DNA of 64,000 nucleotides from an uncultured delta proteobacterium (GTDB lineage: Bacteria; Desulfobacterota; Syntrophobacteria; BM002). Position 1 is the stretch's first letter, and the number at the start of each line of letters is the position of its first letter. The translations under genes and the position numbers were made by a program. Shown piece by piece: positions 39,012-48,370 of the stretch. The notes beneath the pieces are model-generated. The model did not search any database. It was not told the origin of the DNA and was given only the letters and a program-made list of their open reading frames with translations. The stretch spans positions 1 to 64,000 of the forward strand of contig CAVQGX010000007.1 of the NCBI GenBank assembly GCA_963712115.1, in the 5' to 3' direction.

Positions 39012-39400
39012 TTAACACCTCCTGAATAAAATTCCAAATATCTAAGTAGTAAAGAATCCGGGCCTAAAGGACCCAGCTTTGAACTGACCCCAGAAGGGAT
39101 TTCAATGGTCTTTCCCTCATGCTGGACTCTATTGGAGTAATGGAGTGGTGGAGTAATGAATGGACTAATTCACGGTGAACATAGCAGCAATTTCTTTGAT
39201 AATCAACCGGCAATCTAATCAGGAGTTCTCACTAATGAGCAGCCAGTCTCCAGCAAGAAAAGGGTGAGCTACGAGGGACAGGAGCAACCGCTGTGGGACC
39301 TCCGTTGCTTGCGAGAACCACCGTCGGCGTCGGCACGAGTATACTTTAAGCGGCTTAGCCCAAAGGACAGAAAAGGGGAAACTCCTGGCAATTCAGCCAA

Positions 39401-40672
39401 CTAGGCTGAAGAGGATTCTGGCTCTTGTGCACGAAATACTCGAATCCTGATAAGGGCGTTTTCAAACATTTCCTCCACCTGAAAGCGAAATGTTTCCCAT
39501 TTTACCTCTTCACTTGTTTCTGGTAACCGGCCGAAGAGGGTCAAGACGAGCCCGGCAAGGGTCTGGTATCCGTCTTCTGGCAAATTCCATTTTAACCATT
39601 TGTTTAGGTCACGTATTGAAATGCTGGCGTCAATTAGAAAAGATCCATCCTGCTGTGGCTGGATCTTTCGAAGAAACCTATCATGTTCATCTTGGATTTC
39701 CCCTACTATCTCTTCAAGGATGTCCTCCAGCGTTACGATCCCCACAACCTCTCCGTACTCATCAACCACAAATGCCAAGTGACTCCTAGTCTTCTGAAAA
39801 TCCACGAGTTGTTGTCGCACCGACTTCACCTCCGGCACATAGCTCGCCGTGCGCATGATTTTTCTGAGAGAAAACTCACCAACTGAACCGGACCACTTCA
39901 GCAGATCCCTTATGTGGACGAAGCCGGCCACCTCACCCTTGTCCTCTTTATATATGGGATACCGAGAAAACTCACTTCTTTTCATCCCAGCTAGGACCTC
40001 GTCGTAGGGCGTGTTCATTTCGAAGGAAACCATGTCCCGGGTGGGTATCATCACGGACTCAACCGAAATACTACCCAGGGTTAGAACTGCCTGAAGCATT
40101 TCTTCTTCTCTTTTCTTCAAGATCCCTTCCTCAGCGCCCACCGTGATCATAGCTGCGATTTCCTCGACACCTGCAAGAGCTCCAGGTCCAGGTTTCTCCA
40201 GACGAGCCAGAACAATGAGCATGTTGCTCATTGCCGAAAGCACCCGGACAACGGGATACAGCACCTTGATGAGTCCATAAATGGGCTGGACGATGAGAAT
40301 GGCCATCTGCTCCGGATAGTAAGCTGCAATAGTTTTAGGTGTGATTTCCGCAAACACCAAGATAATCAGGGTCATAATCAGGGTGGCCCAGATCACTCCC
40401 CCCTCACCCCACAGACTTATGGCCATCCAGGTTGCAATAGCCGAAGCCGCCACATTGACTAGGTTGTTCCCTAGAAGGATCGTACCAATAAATTTCTCAG
40501 GTTCCCTGAGGGTCTTCTCCACCAGCCGGGCTCGTCTTCTTTTCCGGCTAAGGTGACGGATGCGCCAGCGATCAACGGCCATTAGAGCGGTCTCTGACCC
40601 CGAAAAAAAGGCTGAGGAGACAATAAGAAAAATTAGTCCCAGCAGAACAAAAGGCCAGGCTGCCAAATTCAT
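39401..40672 (-). CDS. CNNM/HlyC/CorC family transporter (DUF21-CBS-CBS-CorC)
   Basis: SAFFSGSETA, TILLGNNLVN, EITPK, SRYP, VVDEYG, EDILEEIVGEI. Confidence 0.93.
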   Translation of the reverse strand: MNLAAWPFVLLGLIFLIVSSAFFSGSETALMAVDRWRIRHLSRKRRRARLVEKTLREPEKFIGTILLGNNLVNVAASAIATWMAISLWGEGGVIWATLIMTLIILVFAEITPKTIAAYYPEQMAILIVQPIYGLIKVLYPVVRVLSAMSNMLIVLARLEKPGPGALAGVEEIAAMITVGAEEGILKKREEEMLQAVLTLGSISVESVMIPTRDMVSFEMNTPYDEVLAGMKRSEFSRYPIYKEDKGEVAGFVHIRDLLKWSGSVGEFSLRKIMRTASYVPEVKSVRQQLVDFQKTRSHLAFVVDEYGEVVGIVTLEDILEEIVGEIQDEHDRFLRKIQPQQDGSFLIDASISIRDLNKWLKWNLPEDGYQTLAGLVLTLFGRLPETSEEVKWETFRFQVEEMFENALIRIRVFRAQEPESSSA

Positions 40673-40899
40673 AACTTCTCCTTCACTTTATGAATTCACC
40701 ACGCCGAGGGTATAATGGTCCTGGACTCCGAAATACAGGAGTTCGCTTGCCTCTGAAGGTACAGTTTGTTATATAGAAATCGAGGGTTGGAGTGCTGTCC
40801 ACGGTTTTCCTTCACCTCAGAAGCCTCTGCTGTGTAAAGAAAGAAATTGGCCTTCTTCCGACCAGCAGGGGCTTTCTTATACGAGGAGGTAGATTAAGA

Positions 40900-41055
40900 A
40901 TGACCAGAGATGAGGAAAAAATACTGAAGGTTGCCAAGGAAGTCGTAGTAAAATTCATTGAAATCGGTCGGGTTTCCCCCACGCAGTTTGACGGTGTCTT
41001 TCAAAGTGTCTTCCGCGCCATCAAATCGAGCGTCAGCTTCAATGAGTCAGAGTAG
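40900..41055 (+). CDS. Small conserved-looking hypothetical protein (51 aa)
   Basis: GAGGAGG RBS; ILKVAKEVVVKFIEIGRVSP. Confidence 0.7.
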   Translation: MTRDEEKILKVAKEVVVKFIEIGRVSPTQFDGVFQSVFRAIKSSVSFNESE

Positions 41056-41225
41056 TTCTGGTTTTTGCTCGCCCCTGGAAACGACTGCCGCCGGTGCGGC
41101 AACTAATTATGCTTTTAGTATAAGGGGCGACTGCTTTTCTTGCAACTAGCATTGCGCCAAGCCCATTCTCCCACCACCCCGTGCCTGCTCTTCAGTGGGA
41201 TCTCTTTATACAGGGAGTGGAGATA

Positions 41226-41270
41226 AAAGAAGCGGCCGCGACTTCAGATGTAGCCGGGGCCGCTCTCTTT
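41226..41270. terminator. Hairpin/terminator between convergent genes
   Basis: AAAGAAGCGGCC...GGCCGCTCTCTTT. Confidence 0.6.
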
Positions 41271-41302
41271 GGTCTTATCAGCAAGAAATATCGTATCCTC
41301 TT

Positions 41303-41551
41303 TTATGCAGCCTGGAGAGCATTCTCCATGTGGCTAAAGATATCCTTAACACTTTTGATTTTTTCTGCTTCCTCATCTGGAATTTCAAGGTTGAACTCTT
41401 CTTCCAGTGCCATGATCAACTCAACCACGTCGAGAGAGTCAGCACCTAAGTCATCCACCACGCTGGCCTCCGGGGTCACATCTCCTCGATCAATTCCCAG
41501 TTGATTGGCAATAATCTCTACGATTTTCTCTTTCATTGCACCCATATCCAT
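41303..41551 (-). CDS. acpP: Acyl carrier protein
   Basis: [12 protein letters not shown] phosphopantetheine site. Confidence 0.95.
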   Translation of the reverse strand: MDMGAMKEKIVEIIANQLGIDRGDVTPEASVVDDLGADSLDVVELIMALEEEFNLEIPDEEAEKIKSVKDIFSHMENALQAA

Positions 41552-41597
41552 TGCTTATCCTCCAAGAATTAAGTCAAAACCACTTTGTTGTTTACCC

Positions 41598-41780
41598 AAC
41601 CAGGATGTTTAATGTATCGCTTGCTGCGACCCTGGATTTGGCCGTCCTCCCGGGCGTCCTCGGGTGTCGGCTACTGCGACGTACCGTTCAGGTACGCCTC
41701 GCAACCAACACCCTGCGGTTGCCCGGTGACACGCCCATCTTCATGGTCTCGCGACAGCAATTCATGAAAACATCCTGGTT
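41598..41780. mobile_element. MITE-like long hairpin element, copy 2
   Basis: Ends AACCAGGATGTTT / AAACATCCTGGTT; shares long identical stretches with 34373-34548. Confidence 0.8.
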
Positions 41781-41942
41781 AAAACTCAGTTGCAAAAGCT
41801 AATATAAACCTCAACCGATCCTGTTCGCCCTCGAATAGTTTCAGCTCAATGATTCAGAACAGTCTACATTCAGTCTGAGCATCCCCCCTTTCCTCTCTGT
41901 GTGTTCACCAACCTCAGCCCGAGACCCTTTCTACCAACCTAG

Positions 41943-42914
41943 CTAGCCGAAGGTATTCTCCCTCGAGAGCTCGGATGGCTCAAGATTTACGAACCCGTAA
42001 AAGATAGTCTCGGTCACAGTGGCTATTTCATCCACCAGCGAGTATTCGGTTTCGCTTGCCAACCACTTCTGCATTACACCATCGATAAAACCCATTACTC
42101 CGTAGAAAACTGTATGAAAATCCATTTGCTTTAGATGGCCTTTTCGGGCCGCAAGGAAGATCTTTCGTTTCAGCAGTGGCACTTTTTTAAGAATGTTGCC
42201 GATATAGAGGGCTTTGACTTCGGCACCAAAATCGCTCTGCTCCTGGATAAGGACCCTATAAAGATCTCGGTTACGGTCAAAGAAGGAGAAATAGGTCCTA
42301 AGATAAGTCTCAATAATATTAAGTACATCAGCATGAGGATCAATGGCACCCTGCACCGTCTCCTCCAGCTCGGCCACCTTCAATCGAATAAGCTCAGAAA
42401 ACAACCCTTTCTTACTGTGAAAATGGCGATATACCGTTCCTTTGCCCAGTGCAGCACGCTCTGCAATCTCGTCTACAGCAGTGCCGTGGAATCCCTTGGC
42501 AGAGAAAACCTCCAGGGCTGCTGCCAAAATTTTCTCCCGGGTCCCTGAGGTCTGTGGCCTGGCCTGATCCCTTTGTCCAAGTCTCTTAGAGAACTGCCGG
42601 GTAAGTAATAGTTCGCTAAAATCCGCCTGATCTACTCCCCAATTCTTAGCTACCCTAATAATCTCTCTTATCCAAAGGCTGATGGAATCTTCAGCTTCCA
42701 TGTTGGTGGAAGTTATTTCAGAAACCCCCTCCTCAAAAATCGAAACCAGGGTCTCTATATATTTTCCGTTACCCCTAGTTGCCTCACCCAAGGTGTTTTG
42801 CCAAAACAGCTGCCAGGCAGATGGATCCGCTGCCGCGCCCTGGGAGAGCAAATCCAGAAGCTCAGCCCGCTCGTCTTTATCAAGTTGAGAATTTTTTCTT
42901 ACATAACCTGACAT
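41943..42914 (-). CDS. TetR/AcrR regulator with about 120-aa N-terminal extension
   Basis: REKILAAALEVFSAKGF...IAERAALGKGTVYRHFHSK HTH located mid-protein. Confidence 0.88.
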   Translation of the reverse strand: MSGYVRKNSQLDKDERAELLDLLSQGAAADPSAWQLFWQNTLGEATRGNGKYIETLVSIFEEGVSEITSTNMEAEDSISLWIREIIRVAKNWGVDQADFSELLLTRQFSKRLGQRDQARPQTSGTREKILAAALEVFSAKGFHGTAVDEIAERAALGKGTVYRHFHSKKGLFSELIRLKVAELEETVQGAIDPHADVLNIIETYLRTYFSFFDRNRDLYRVLIQEQSDFGAEVKALYIGNILKKVPLLKRKIFLAARKGHLKQMDFHTVFYGVMGFIDGVMQKWLASETEYSLVDEIATVTETIFYGFVNLEPSELSRENTFG

Positions 42915-42936
42915 GATCGCAGTCCTTAAAATACTG

Positions 42937-42981
42937 TGACGGACCAGTCCGTCATTATCTCCAATTAATTGTAGGTGTCAA
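42937..42981 (-). promoter_or_regulatory. sigma70 promoter with probable TetR operator
   Basis: TTGACA-16-GATAAT, then the perfect inverted repeat TGACGGAC-CA-GTCCGTCA (42937-42954). Confidence 0.75.
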
Positions 42982-43018
42982 GTCCTTTTTACAGGAGATA
43001 CCGGAAACAGCCCTTTGA

Positions 43019-43498
43019 CTAAGGATAAATTGAAATGGTTTTCTTGACTTTATAGATGGGGGGGGAGTCGCCGTTCAAACGCTGGTAAGCCTTATTGATT
43101 ACCTCTCTAGTTTCCTTGGTAAGTTTGTATCCGTCCAAGGCTGAGAAAGGTACCCGAGCACAAGAAATAGCATCGCTACTGGCCCGTAGTTTACCTCCTG
43201 TTTGACGGCAGAGGAAGTCCAGGAGTACGTAATGGAACTGTACTTGACCCTCCTTGTCCAAAAAAATCCTATCCAATATAGCAACCAACTCCAACACCTC
43301 AACCTCGAGTCCGATTTCTTCGCTGACCTCTCGAATAACAGCCTTCTCCACAGTCTCTCCAAGTTCCACCGCACCTCCTGGTAACGACCATTCTCCATAT
43401 GCCGGCGGTCTACCTCGGCGGACCAGAGCTACCTTGTCATTTTCTATGACAACCGCGGCCACCCCAATTATTGGACGCTCTGGGTAATCTCGTGGCAT
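43019..43498 (-). CDS. NUDIX hydrolase
   Basis: PGGAVELGETVEKAVIREVSEEIG Nudix box. Confidence 0.93.
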   Translation of the reverse strand: MPRDYPERPIIGVAAVVIENDKVALVRRGRPPAYGEWSLPGGAVELGETVEKAVIREVSEEIGLEVEVLELVAILDRIFLDKEGQVQFHYVLLDFLCRQTGGKLRASSDAISCARVPFSALDGYKLTKETREVINKAYQRLNGDSPPIYKVKKTISIYP

Positions 43499-43544
43499 AG
43501 TGAACCCCGCTGCTTACTGCTTTCTTTTCACTGCTTACAAATCA

Positions 43545-44180
43545 TCACGGTTTACACCGGCGGCCGGGGCTAAACCCCTGATATAAGGCTTGGTAGCGGT
43601 TTTCGAAAAAAACTCGATTATGACCTGCTGTCTTGAGACCAAACTGACAATGAGGCCGGTGGAATACCCAAGTCCGTTTGTTCCCCAAATAATGCTTTTC
43701 GGGTTTGGCAACAGGTAATGACCAAATACCCTTTTTATCCTTTAAGGCTTCACGTTGGAGATTCAGCAGTCTTTCCCAGTAAAGTGTCTTGGACTGGCGA
43801 CGTATTAAATGAGCATAGCCCTGTTGGACCAGCTCGCCATTGACAAAAGTACCATCTTCAAGGAAAACATAAGCCAGCAGCCTCCCATAGTGGTCACGGG
43901 ACTCCTCAGCCAACTCGAGGTTTAGCCAACGGCCCAGGACCAATTTCTGGTTGAATGCCCGGGCCTCATCACCGTAGGGCTCCCCGGGTTCACCATCGTG
44001 AGCTATTTCAGGAGCGTTGATACCAGCGTAGCGCACCCGTTCACCACCCGTGAGGACAATTGTGTCACCGTCAGCCACCCAGCGCACTCGGCCACGTTTT
44101 TCAGCACCATACAAGGGTAAAGCCGCCAGGGTGCAGACTATTAAAATAGGATGGAGTGTGAGAATGAAACGTTTGAGCAT
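43545..44180 (-). CDS. Thermonuclease (SNase) with degenerate C-terminal Ada-like metal-binding motif
   Basis: DGDT, GINAPE, DHYGRLLAYV, GNKRTWVFHRPHC. Confidence 0.9.
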   Translation of the reverse strand: MLKRFILTLHPILIVCTLAALPLYGAEKRGRVRWVADGDTIVLTGGERVRYAGINAPEIAHDGEPGEPYGDEARAFNQKLVLGRWLNLELAEESRDHYGRLLAYVFLEDGTFVNGELVQQGYAHLIRRQSKTLYWERLLNLQREALKDKKGIWSLPVAKPEKHYLGNKRTWVFHRPHCQFGLKTAGHNRVFFENRYQALYQGFSPGRRCKP

Positions 44181-44186
44181 ATTTAA

Positions 44187-44350
44187 TCAGTAAGCGATAA
44201 GCAGTGAGCAGTGAGCAGTAAGCCCTCGGCACTAAGTAGTCAGGAGTCAGAATTCAGAAGCCAGGAGAATCACCTAAGCGATCTGTCCTTGTCTCCTGTC
44301 TACTGGCTCCTATCTCCTAGCTCCTTTACTTAAACTATGCTCTATGCTGA
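44187..44350. repeat. Nested heptamer palindromic repeats
   Basis: CAGTGAG units, GTCAGGA/GTCAGAA versus CTCCTGT/CTCCTAG, and CTATGCT units. Confidence 0.7.
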
Positions 44351-44386
44351 AATGAGGAATGATAACCGATCGATCAATGGTGACCC

Positions 44387-45088
44387 TCATCGATAGCCGC
44401 AGCGACGATCCACCTCTGCCATCATAGTGTTCAACCGCTCTTGAACCAGTTGCCGGTAGTGCTCCAACTCCTCGCCGGTGGTTTCTCTCGGAATGTGGAT
44501 CGGGTCACCAAAGGCCATGGAAATCCTACTCCAAGGAAGGGGCAATATCATCTTATCCCAACTATTTCGCAGGGTAATAGTGCGGTTGGCAGACCAAATA
44601 GCTGGAATAAATGGCGATTCCGTTTGCATGGCCAGAACGATCATTCCTTTCTTGGCCACATAGGCTGGCCCCCGGGGGCCATCTAGCACCGTCGCACATG
44701 CCTTGCCGCCGCTAGTTAAATGGTGGTGCATCTGTTTCAGAGCTTCCTTGCCACCCCGGCTGGAAGAACCGCGCGCCGGAATCGCTCCCATTGCAGATGT
44801 ATACTGGGCAAGAATTTCGCCGTCTTTACTTTGACTGATCATGATCATAGGGTGAAAATGACCAAAGAAGTATAGAAAGTAAATGGCGGCTCGGTGCCAG
44901 GTACCAACAACTACAGGCGTGTCATTCGAAGCATATTCCCGGTAGACCTGCTCATTAATGAATGTCACTTTGCAGGTATTGAACCATATACGGGCGAGAG
45001 GTGCCACAACTTTGCGTATAAGGCGGGCCATGAGAGTTTCATGGGCGAAGTCACGAATTCTAAAATTTTTCCTGCGTCTACTGGCCAT
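44387..45088 (-). CDS. DUF374 / lysophospholipid acyltransferase-like protein
   Basis: WH, ISQSKDGE, RGSSSRGG, DGPRGP, SWD. Confidence 0.88.
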   Translation of the reverse strand: MASRRRKNFRIRDFAHETLMARLIRKVVAPLARIWFNTCKVTFINEQVYREYASNDTPVVVGTWHRAAIYFLYFFGHFHPMIMISQSKDGEILAQYTSAMGAIPARGSSSRGGKEALKQMHHHLTSGGKACATVLDGPRGPAYVAKKGMIVLAMQTESPFIPAIWSANRTITLRNSWDKMILPLPWSRISMAFGDPIHIPRETTGEELEHYRQLVQERLNTMMAEVDRRCGYR

Positions 45089-45220
45089 TAGCTATGCTGC
45101 CTTTGCGATCCCACCTGATGTTTGAGAACAACAGACCAGGTCATCCAGCGCGGGATAAATCTTCCTGGGCGAAAAGCTAACAGAGCCTCAAACCCCTGTC
45201 AAACATTAAGGGTGATTGAT

Positions 45221-46288
45221 TTAAAGTAGGGCCTGCCTGTCCAGCATAGCGCTCAGGCCTCCGCGGTCCGCAGGGGTGAATCCGAGAGCCTCACGCCACA
45301 CATCATTACTCTCCATACACAGATAGAGGCAGAGATCTTTATGGACTGAGAGCAGTAACTCTTTGAGGTGACTGTACATCTCCACCCGGAGATCGCGAAA
45401 GTAACGCAGCTTTCCGTCCAGCCCTGGGACAAACTCCTCATCCAGAATTGTAGAGAGGGGATGGTGGTATCGAATAGTGGCTTTGAGTGAAGGCATGAAC
45501 CGGAGAGTACCCAGGCTGATCCAGGCGATACCATCTGGATCTACGGCTGAAAATAAGCGATCTACAACCTCAGCGTAGCCCTCCTTCCACTTAGGGTAAG
45601 CCAAAAGAGGATCAAAGTGAAAAGCCAGGCGAAAGCCCCACTCTTGGCACCGGCGAGCTGCCTCGAGCCTTTCTCTCAAGGAAGAGGCAGCCCCTTCCTC
45701 CCTGGCAATCACCTCAGCTGGATTGAGCGACCAGGCAACAATAGTGCGCCCTCCGTGATCCAGCTTTTCGAGTAAATCTACCTGGGCGGTCTTGGTTTTC
45801 AGTTCGAGAACCGCATTGGGCTGCTTGGCGAAAAACGGCACCAGGATTGCGCTCAAGCGGGTCAAGTGATCCAAGAGCAGGCTATCGGTGAACTCGCCAG
45901 TTCCTATGCGGTGCACTGCCCTGGGGGAATTGCGCAGATGCTCTCTCAACTCCTGCATCATCTCATCAATATTGGCAAATAGCCTCAGGTTGGGATTGGG
46001 GAAATAGGCCTGCAGAATGCAGTAGGAGCAACCAAGGGAACATTGGTGGCCAAAATTTAGTATCTGGTAGCCGCAGCAATTGTAGGAGCGCGTTCCCGGG
46101 CAGGCTTTTACAAAACGCCCCTTGAATTTTACGATTTCCAGAACTTTACCTGTTTCACTTTTCCTCTCTTCACCTAGCCGATCCACCCATTTCACCGGGA
46201 TTCCAGGCAGACCCGCCAGAATACTTCTCACCAAGGGGCTTCCGGCAACCTCCTCTTCAATTACTAGCTTCTCGGGATGATATGTCAC
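45221..46288 (-). CDS. Spore-photoproduct-lyase-like radical SAM protein
   Basis: CSLGCSYC motif, GTGEFTDSL, ELKTK, AWSLN, HFDP, DGKLRY, YLCME. Confidence 0.85.
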   Translation of the reverse strand: MTYHPEKLVIEEEVAGSPLVRSILAGLPGIPVKWVDRLGEERKSETGKVLEIVKFKGRFVKACPGTRSYNCCGYQILNFGHQCSLGCSYCILQAYFPNPNLRLFANIDEMMQELREHLRNSPRAVHRIGTGEFTDSLLLDHLTRLSAILVPFFAKQPNAVLELKTKTAQVDLLEKLDHGGRTIVAWSLNPAEVIAREEGAASSLRERLEAARRCQEWGFRLAFHFDPLLAYPKWKEGYAEVVDRLFSAVDPDGIAWISLGTLRFMPSLKATIRYHHPLSTILDEEFVPGLDGKLRYFRDLRVEMYSHLKELLLSVHKDLCLYLCMESNDVWREALGFTPADRGGLSAMLDRQALL

Positions 46289-47252
46289 TCTTGCTTTCCA
46301 TCATACCCTGGAGTTCAGGCTGATCAGCCAGCTGGGCTACATGTCGCAGTCGACTTGCCAACTCCTCGGCTCGCTCAAAGGTACATTCCAAAATCCACTT
46401 GGGCCCCTCAAAATAAGGAGGGGGTACCAGCCGCACTCCAGAAGGCAGGCCGAGATCCCTCGCCTCCCTGGCAAACCTTTCTCTGCGGGCGGTGAGGCGA
46501 GGATTGCGCCGGGCCTGCAGATGCTTTCGAATTTCTTGGGCGCACTGCCGTGCTGGCCTTTTGGAAGCCTGTTGCAGTGCTCTGACCTCTTTACTGCTTA
46601 AGATCTGCTCAGGCGTGAGATTATCCTTCCGGGCGATCTCCTCAACTGTTTCGATTATTTCCTCCTGCACACTCACACTGAAAGGAAGCTCTTCAAATAA
46701 AAGCAAGTAAGCGAGCCGGTCTTTCTGTTCCTGCGTTGCCAGGGCAAAAGCAATGCGCTCATTGAGTCTGCCCGCAGCCAGAGAATCGAGTATGACCTCT
46801 TCCAGATCATGCAACCCCAAGTACCGGTTGAAGAGTGTAATGCTGGGCTCCAAATCCAGAAGGGGCATGAACTCATCAATGAGTTGCGGCTCCTCCAAAT
46901 AATCCGCCATCTTAGCAAGAACCAAGGACTTCTCTACCGGATTTAGGGTCCTTTGGGCCACATTGTCATAAATTGCCAGCCGAAGGCATCTTTGATGTTC
47001 AAAAGAGCTGGGCAACACTCGACAGCTTAGTGAGTCTAAACCAATTTTCTTGCAGGCAGCCAATCGACGGCCTCCGCAGACGATCCTGAAAAGGCCGTTT
47101 TTTTTGCCCTGCAGCAGGGGTGGCTCAATCAAGCCAACGGTTTGGATGGAAAGTAGAAGCTTATGGGGAAGAGGACCATAAGTGATCAGGCAGGAGGTGT
47201 CAGTCCAATCTATTTTGTTAAGCTGGATGGAACAAGACTCCGTTTCAACCAT
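46257..47252 (-). CDS. ParB/Srx N-terminal domain protein
   Basis: SIQTVGLIEPPLL...IVCGGRRLAAC...DN...RTLNPVEK; overlaps the radical SAM gene start. Confidence 0.8.
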   Translation of the reverse strand: MVETESCSIQLNKIDWTDTSCLITYGPLPHKLLLSIQTVGLIEPPLLQGKKNGLFRIVCGGRRLAACKKIGLDSLSCRVLPSSFEHQRCLRLAIYDNVAQRTLNPVEKSLVLAKMADYLEEPQLIDEFMPLLDLEPSITLFNRYLGLHDLEEVILDSLAAGRLNERIAFALATQEQKDRLAYLLLFEELPFSVSVQEEIIETVEEIARKDNLTPEQILSSKEVRALQQASKRPARQCAQEIRKHLQARRNPRLTARRERFAREARDLGLPSGVRLVPPPYFEGPKWILECTFERAEELASRLRHVAQLADQPELQGMMESKSDISSREASN

Positions 47253-47262
47253 AATCCCGCTC

Positions 47263-48177
47263 CTAACCTTGGGTAAGACGTTCCAGAGCCTCCAAGTAGC
47301 GGGTCCTAGTGTTCTGCACTACCTCGTCGGGAAGCTGTGGGGCAGGCGGTTTGTGATTCCAGCCGCTCTGATCAAGGTAATCGCGCAAGTACTGCTTATC
47401 GAAGCTCTCTTGGCTCCGACCCGGCTCATACTTGTCTGCCGGCCAGAACCTGGAAGAGTCTGGGGTAAGGACTTCATCTATCAGAGCAAGCTGATCACCT
47501 ACTGTGCCGAACTCAAACTTGGTATCGGCGATGATTATGCCTCTCTGGCTAGCAATGGCTGCCCCCTTCTCGTACAAGGCTATGCTGAGTTCACAAAGTT
47601 TTTCTGCCAAGCTAGTCCCCACTTTTTCACCCAGGGTGGCAAAATCGATGTTCTCGTCATGGAGACCCCTCTCAGCCTTGGTCGACGGGGTAAATATTGG
47701 CGATTCTAGGCTAGAGGACTCCAAAAGTCCCGGTGGGAGTGTTATGCCGCACACCGATCCCTGTCTCTCATAGTCCTTCCACCCGGACCCGCTGAGATAA
47801 CCGCGCACAATACACTCCACCGGCAGGGGTTTCGCTTTGGTCACCAGCATGCTGCGACCCGCCAATTCCTCAGCATAAGGTCGGCATTGTTCAGGAAATT
47901 CATCAATGTCTGCGGTAACCAGGTGATTGTCCACCACCTCGGCCAAGGCCCTGAACCAGAAAGCGGATATCTTGGTCAGAATCCTGCCTTTGTCAGGAAT
48001 AGGTGTAGGCATTACCACATCGTAGGCAGAGATCCTGTCAGTGGCAACTATGAGCAACTGCTCCCCCAAATCATAAATGTCGCGCACCTTTCCCCGTCCG
48101 CGCAAGGTAAGATTAGGGAAGTTGGTCTCAAACACCGGCCCTGCTGTCATACCATCCTCCAAAGCAGTTTGAACCAC
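47263..48177 (-). CDS. purC: SAICAR synthetase
   Basis: [48 protein letters not shown]; true start probably about 48150. Confidence 0.96.
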   Translation of the reverse strand: MVQTALEDGMTAGPVFETNFPNLTLRGRGKVRDIYDLGEQLLIVATDRISAYDVVMPTPIPDKGRILTKISAFWFRALAEVVDNHLVTADIDEFPEQCRPYAEELAGRSMLVTKAKPLPVECIVRGYLSGSGWKDYERQGSVCGITLPPGLLESSSLESPIFTPSTKAERGLHDENIDFATLGEKVGTSLAEKLCELSIALYEKGAAIASQRGIIIADTKFEFGTVGDQLALIDEVLTPDSSRFWPADKYEPGRSQESFDKQYLRDYLDQSGWNHKPPAPQLPDEVVQNTRTRYLEALERLTQG

Positions 48178-48293
48178 AGAGAGTTGGAATTTCAGATTAT
48201 TGATTGTAGATTGCAGATTTAGAAATCTTCTCGTTGGTACTCAAGTCACTCTACAATCTAAAATCTAAAATGTCCTTAGTGCACTCTGTGGTT
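48172..48293. repeat. Composite palindromic element without the GC insert
   Basis: Near-identical left arm to 5080-5243. Confidence 0.85.
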
Positions 48294-48315
48294 GAATCCC
48301 CTTGAGTTAAATTGA

Positions 48316-48355
48316 CAAAGGGGCGAACTCACAACCTCTTGGAGCCGCCCCTTTG
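48316..48355 (-). terminator. Terminator-like hairpin after pycB
   Basis: CAAAGGGGCG...CGCCCCTTTG. Confidence 0.6.
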
Positions 48356-48370
48356 ATGGTAGAGCAGATT

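Noticed and set aside
39255-39345. GC-rich hairpins upstream of the FKBP gene as a possible riboswitch
   Set aside because: No match to riboswitch consensus motifs I can recognise; would need an Rfam search.
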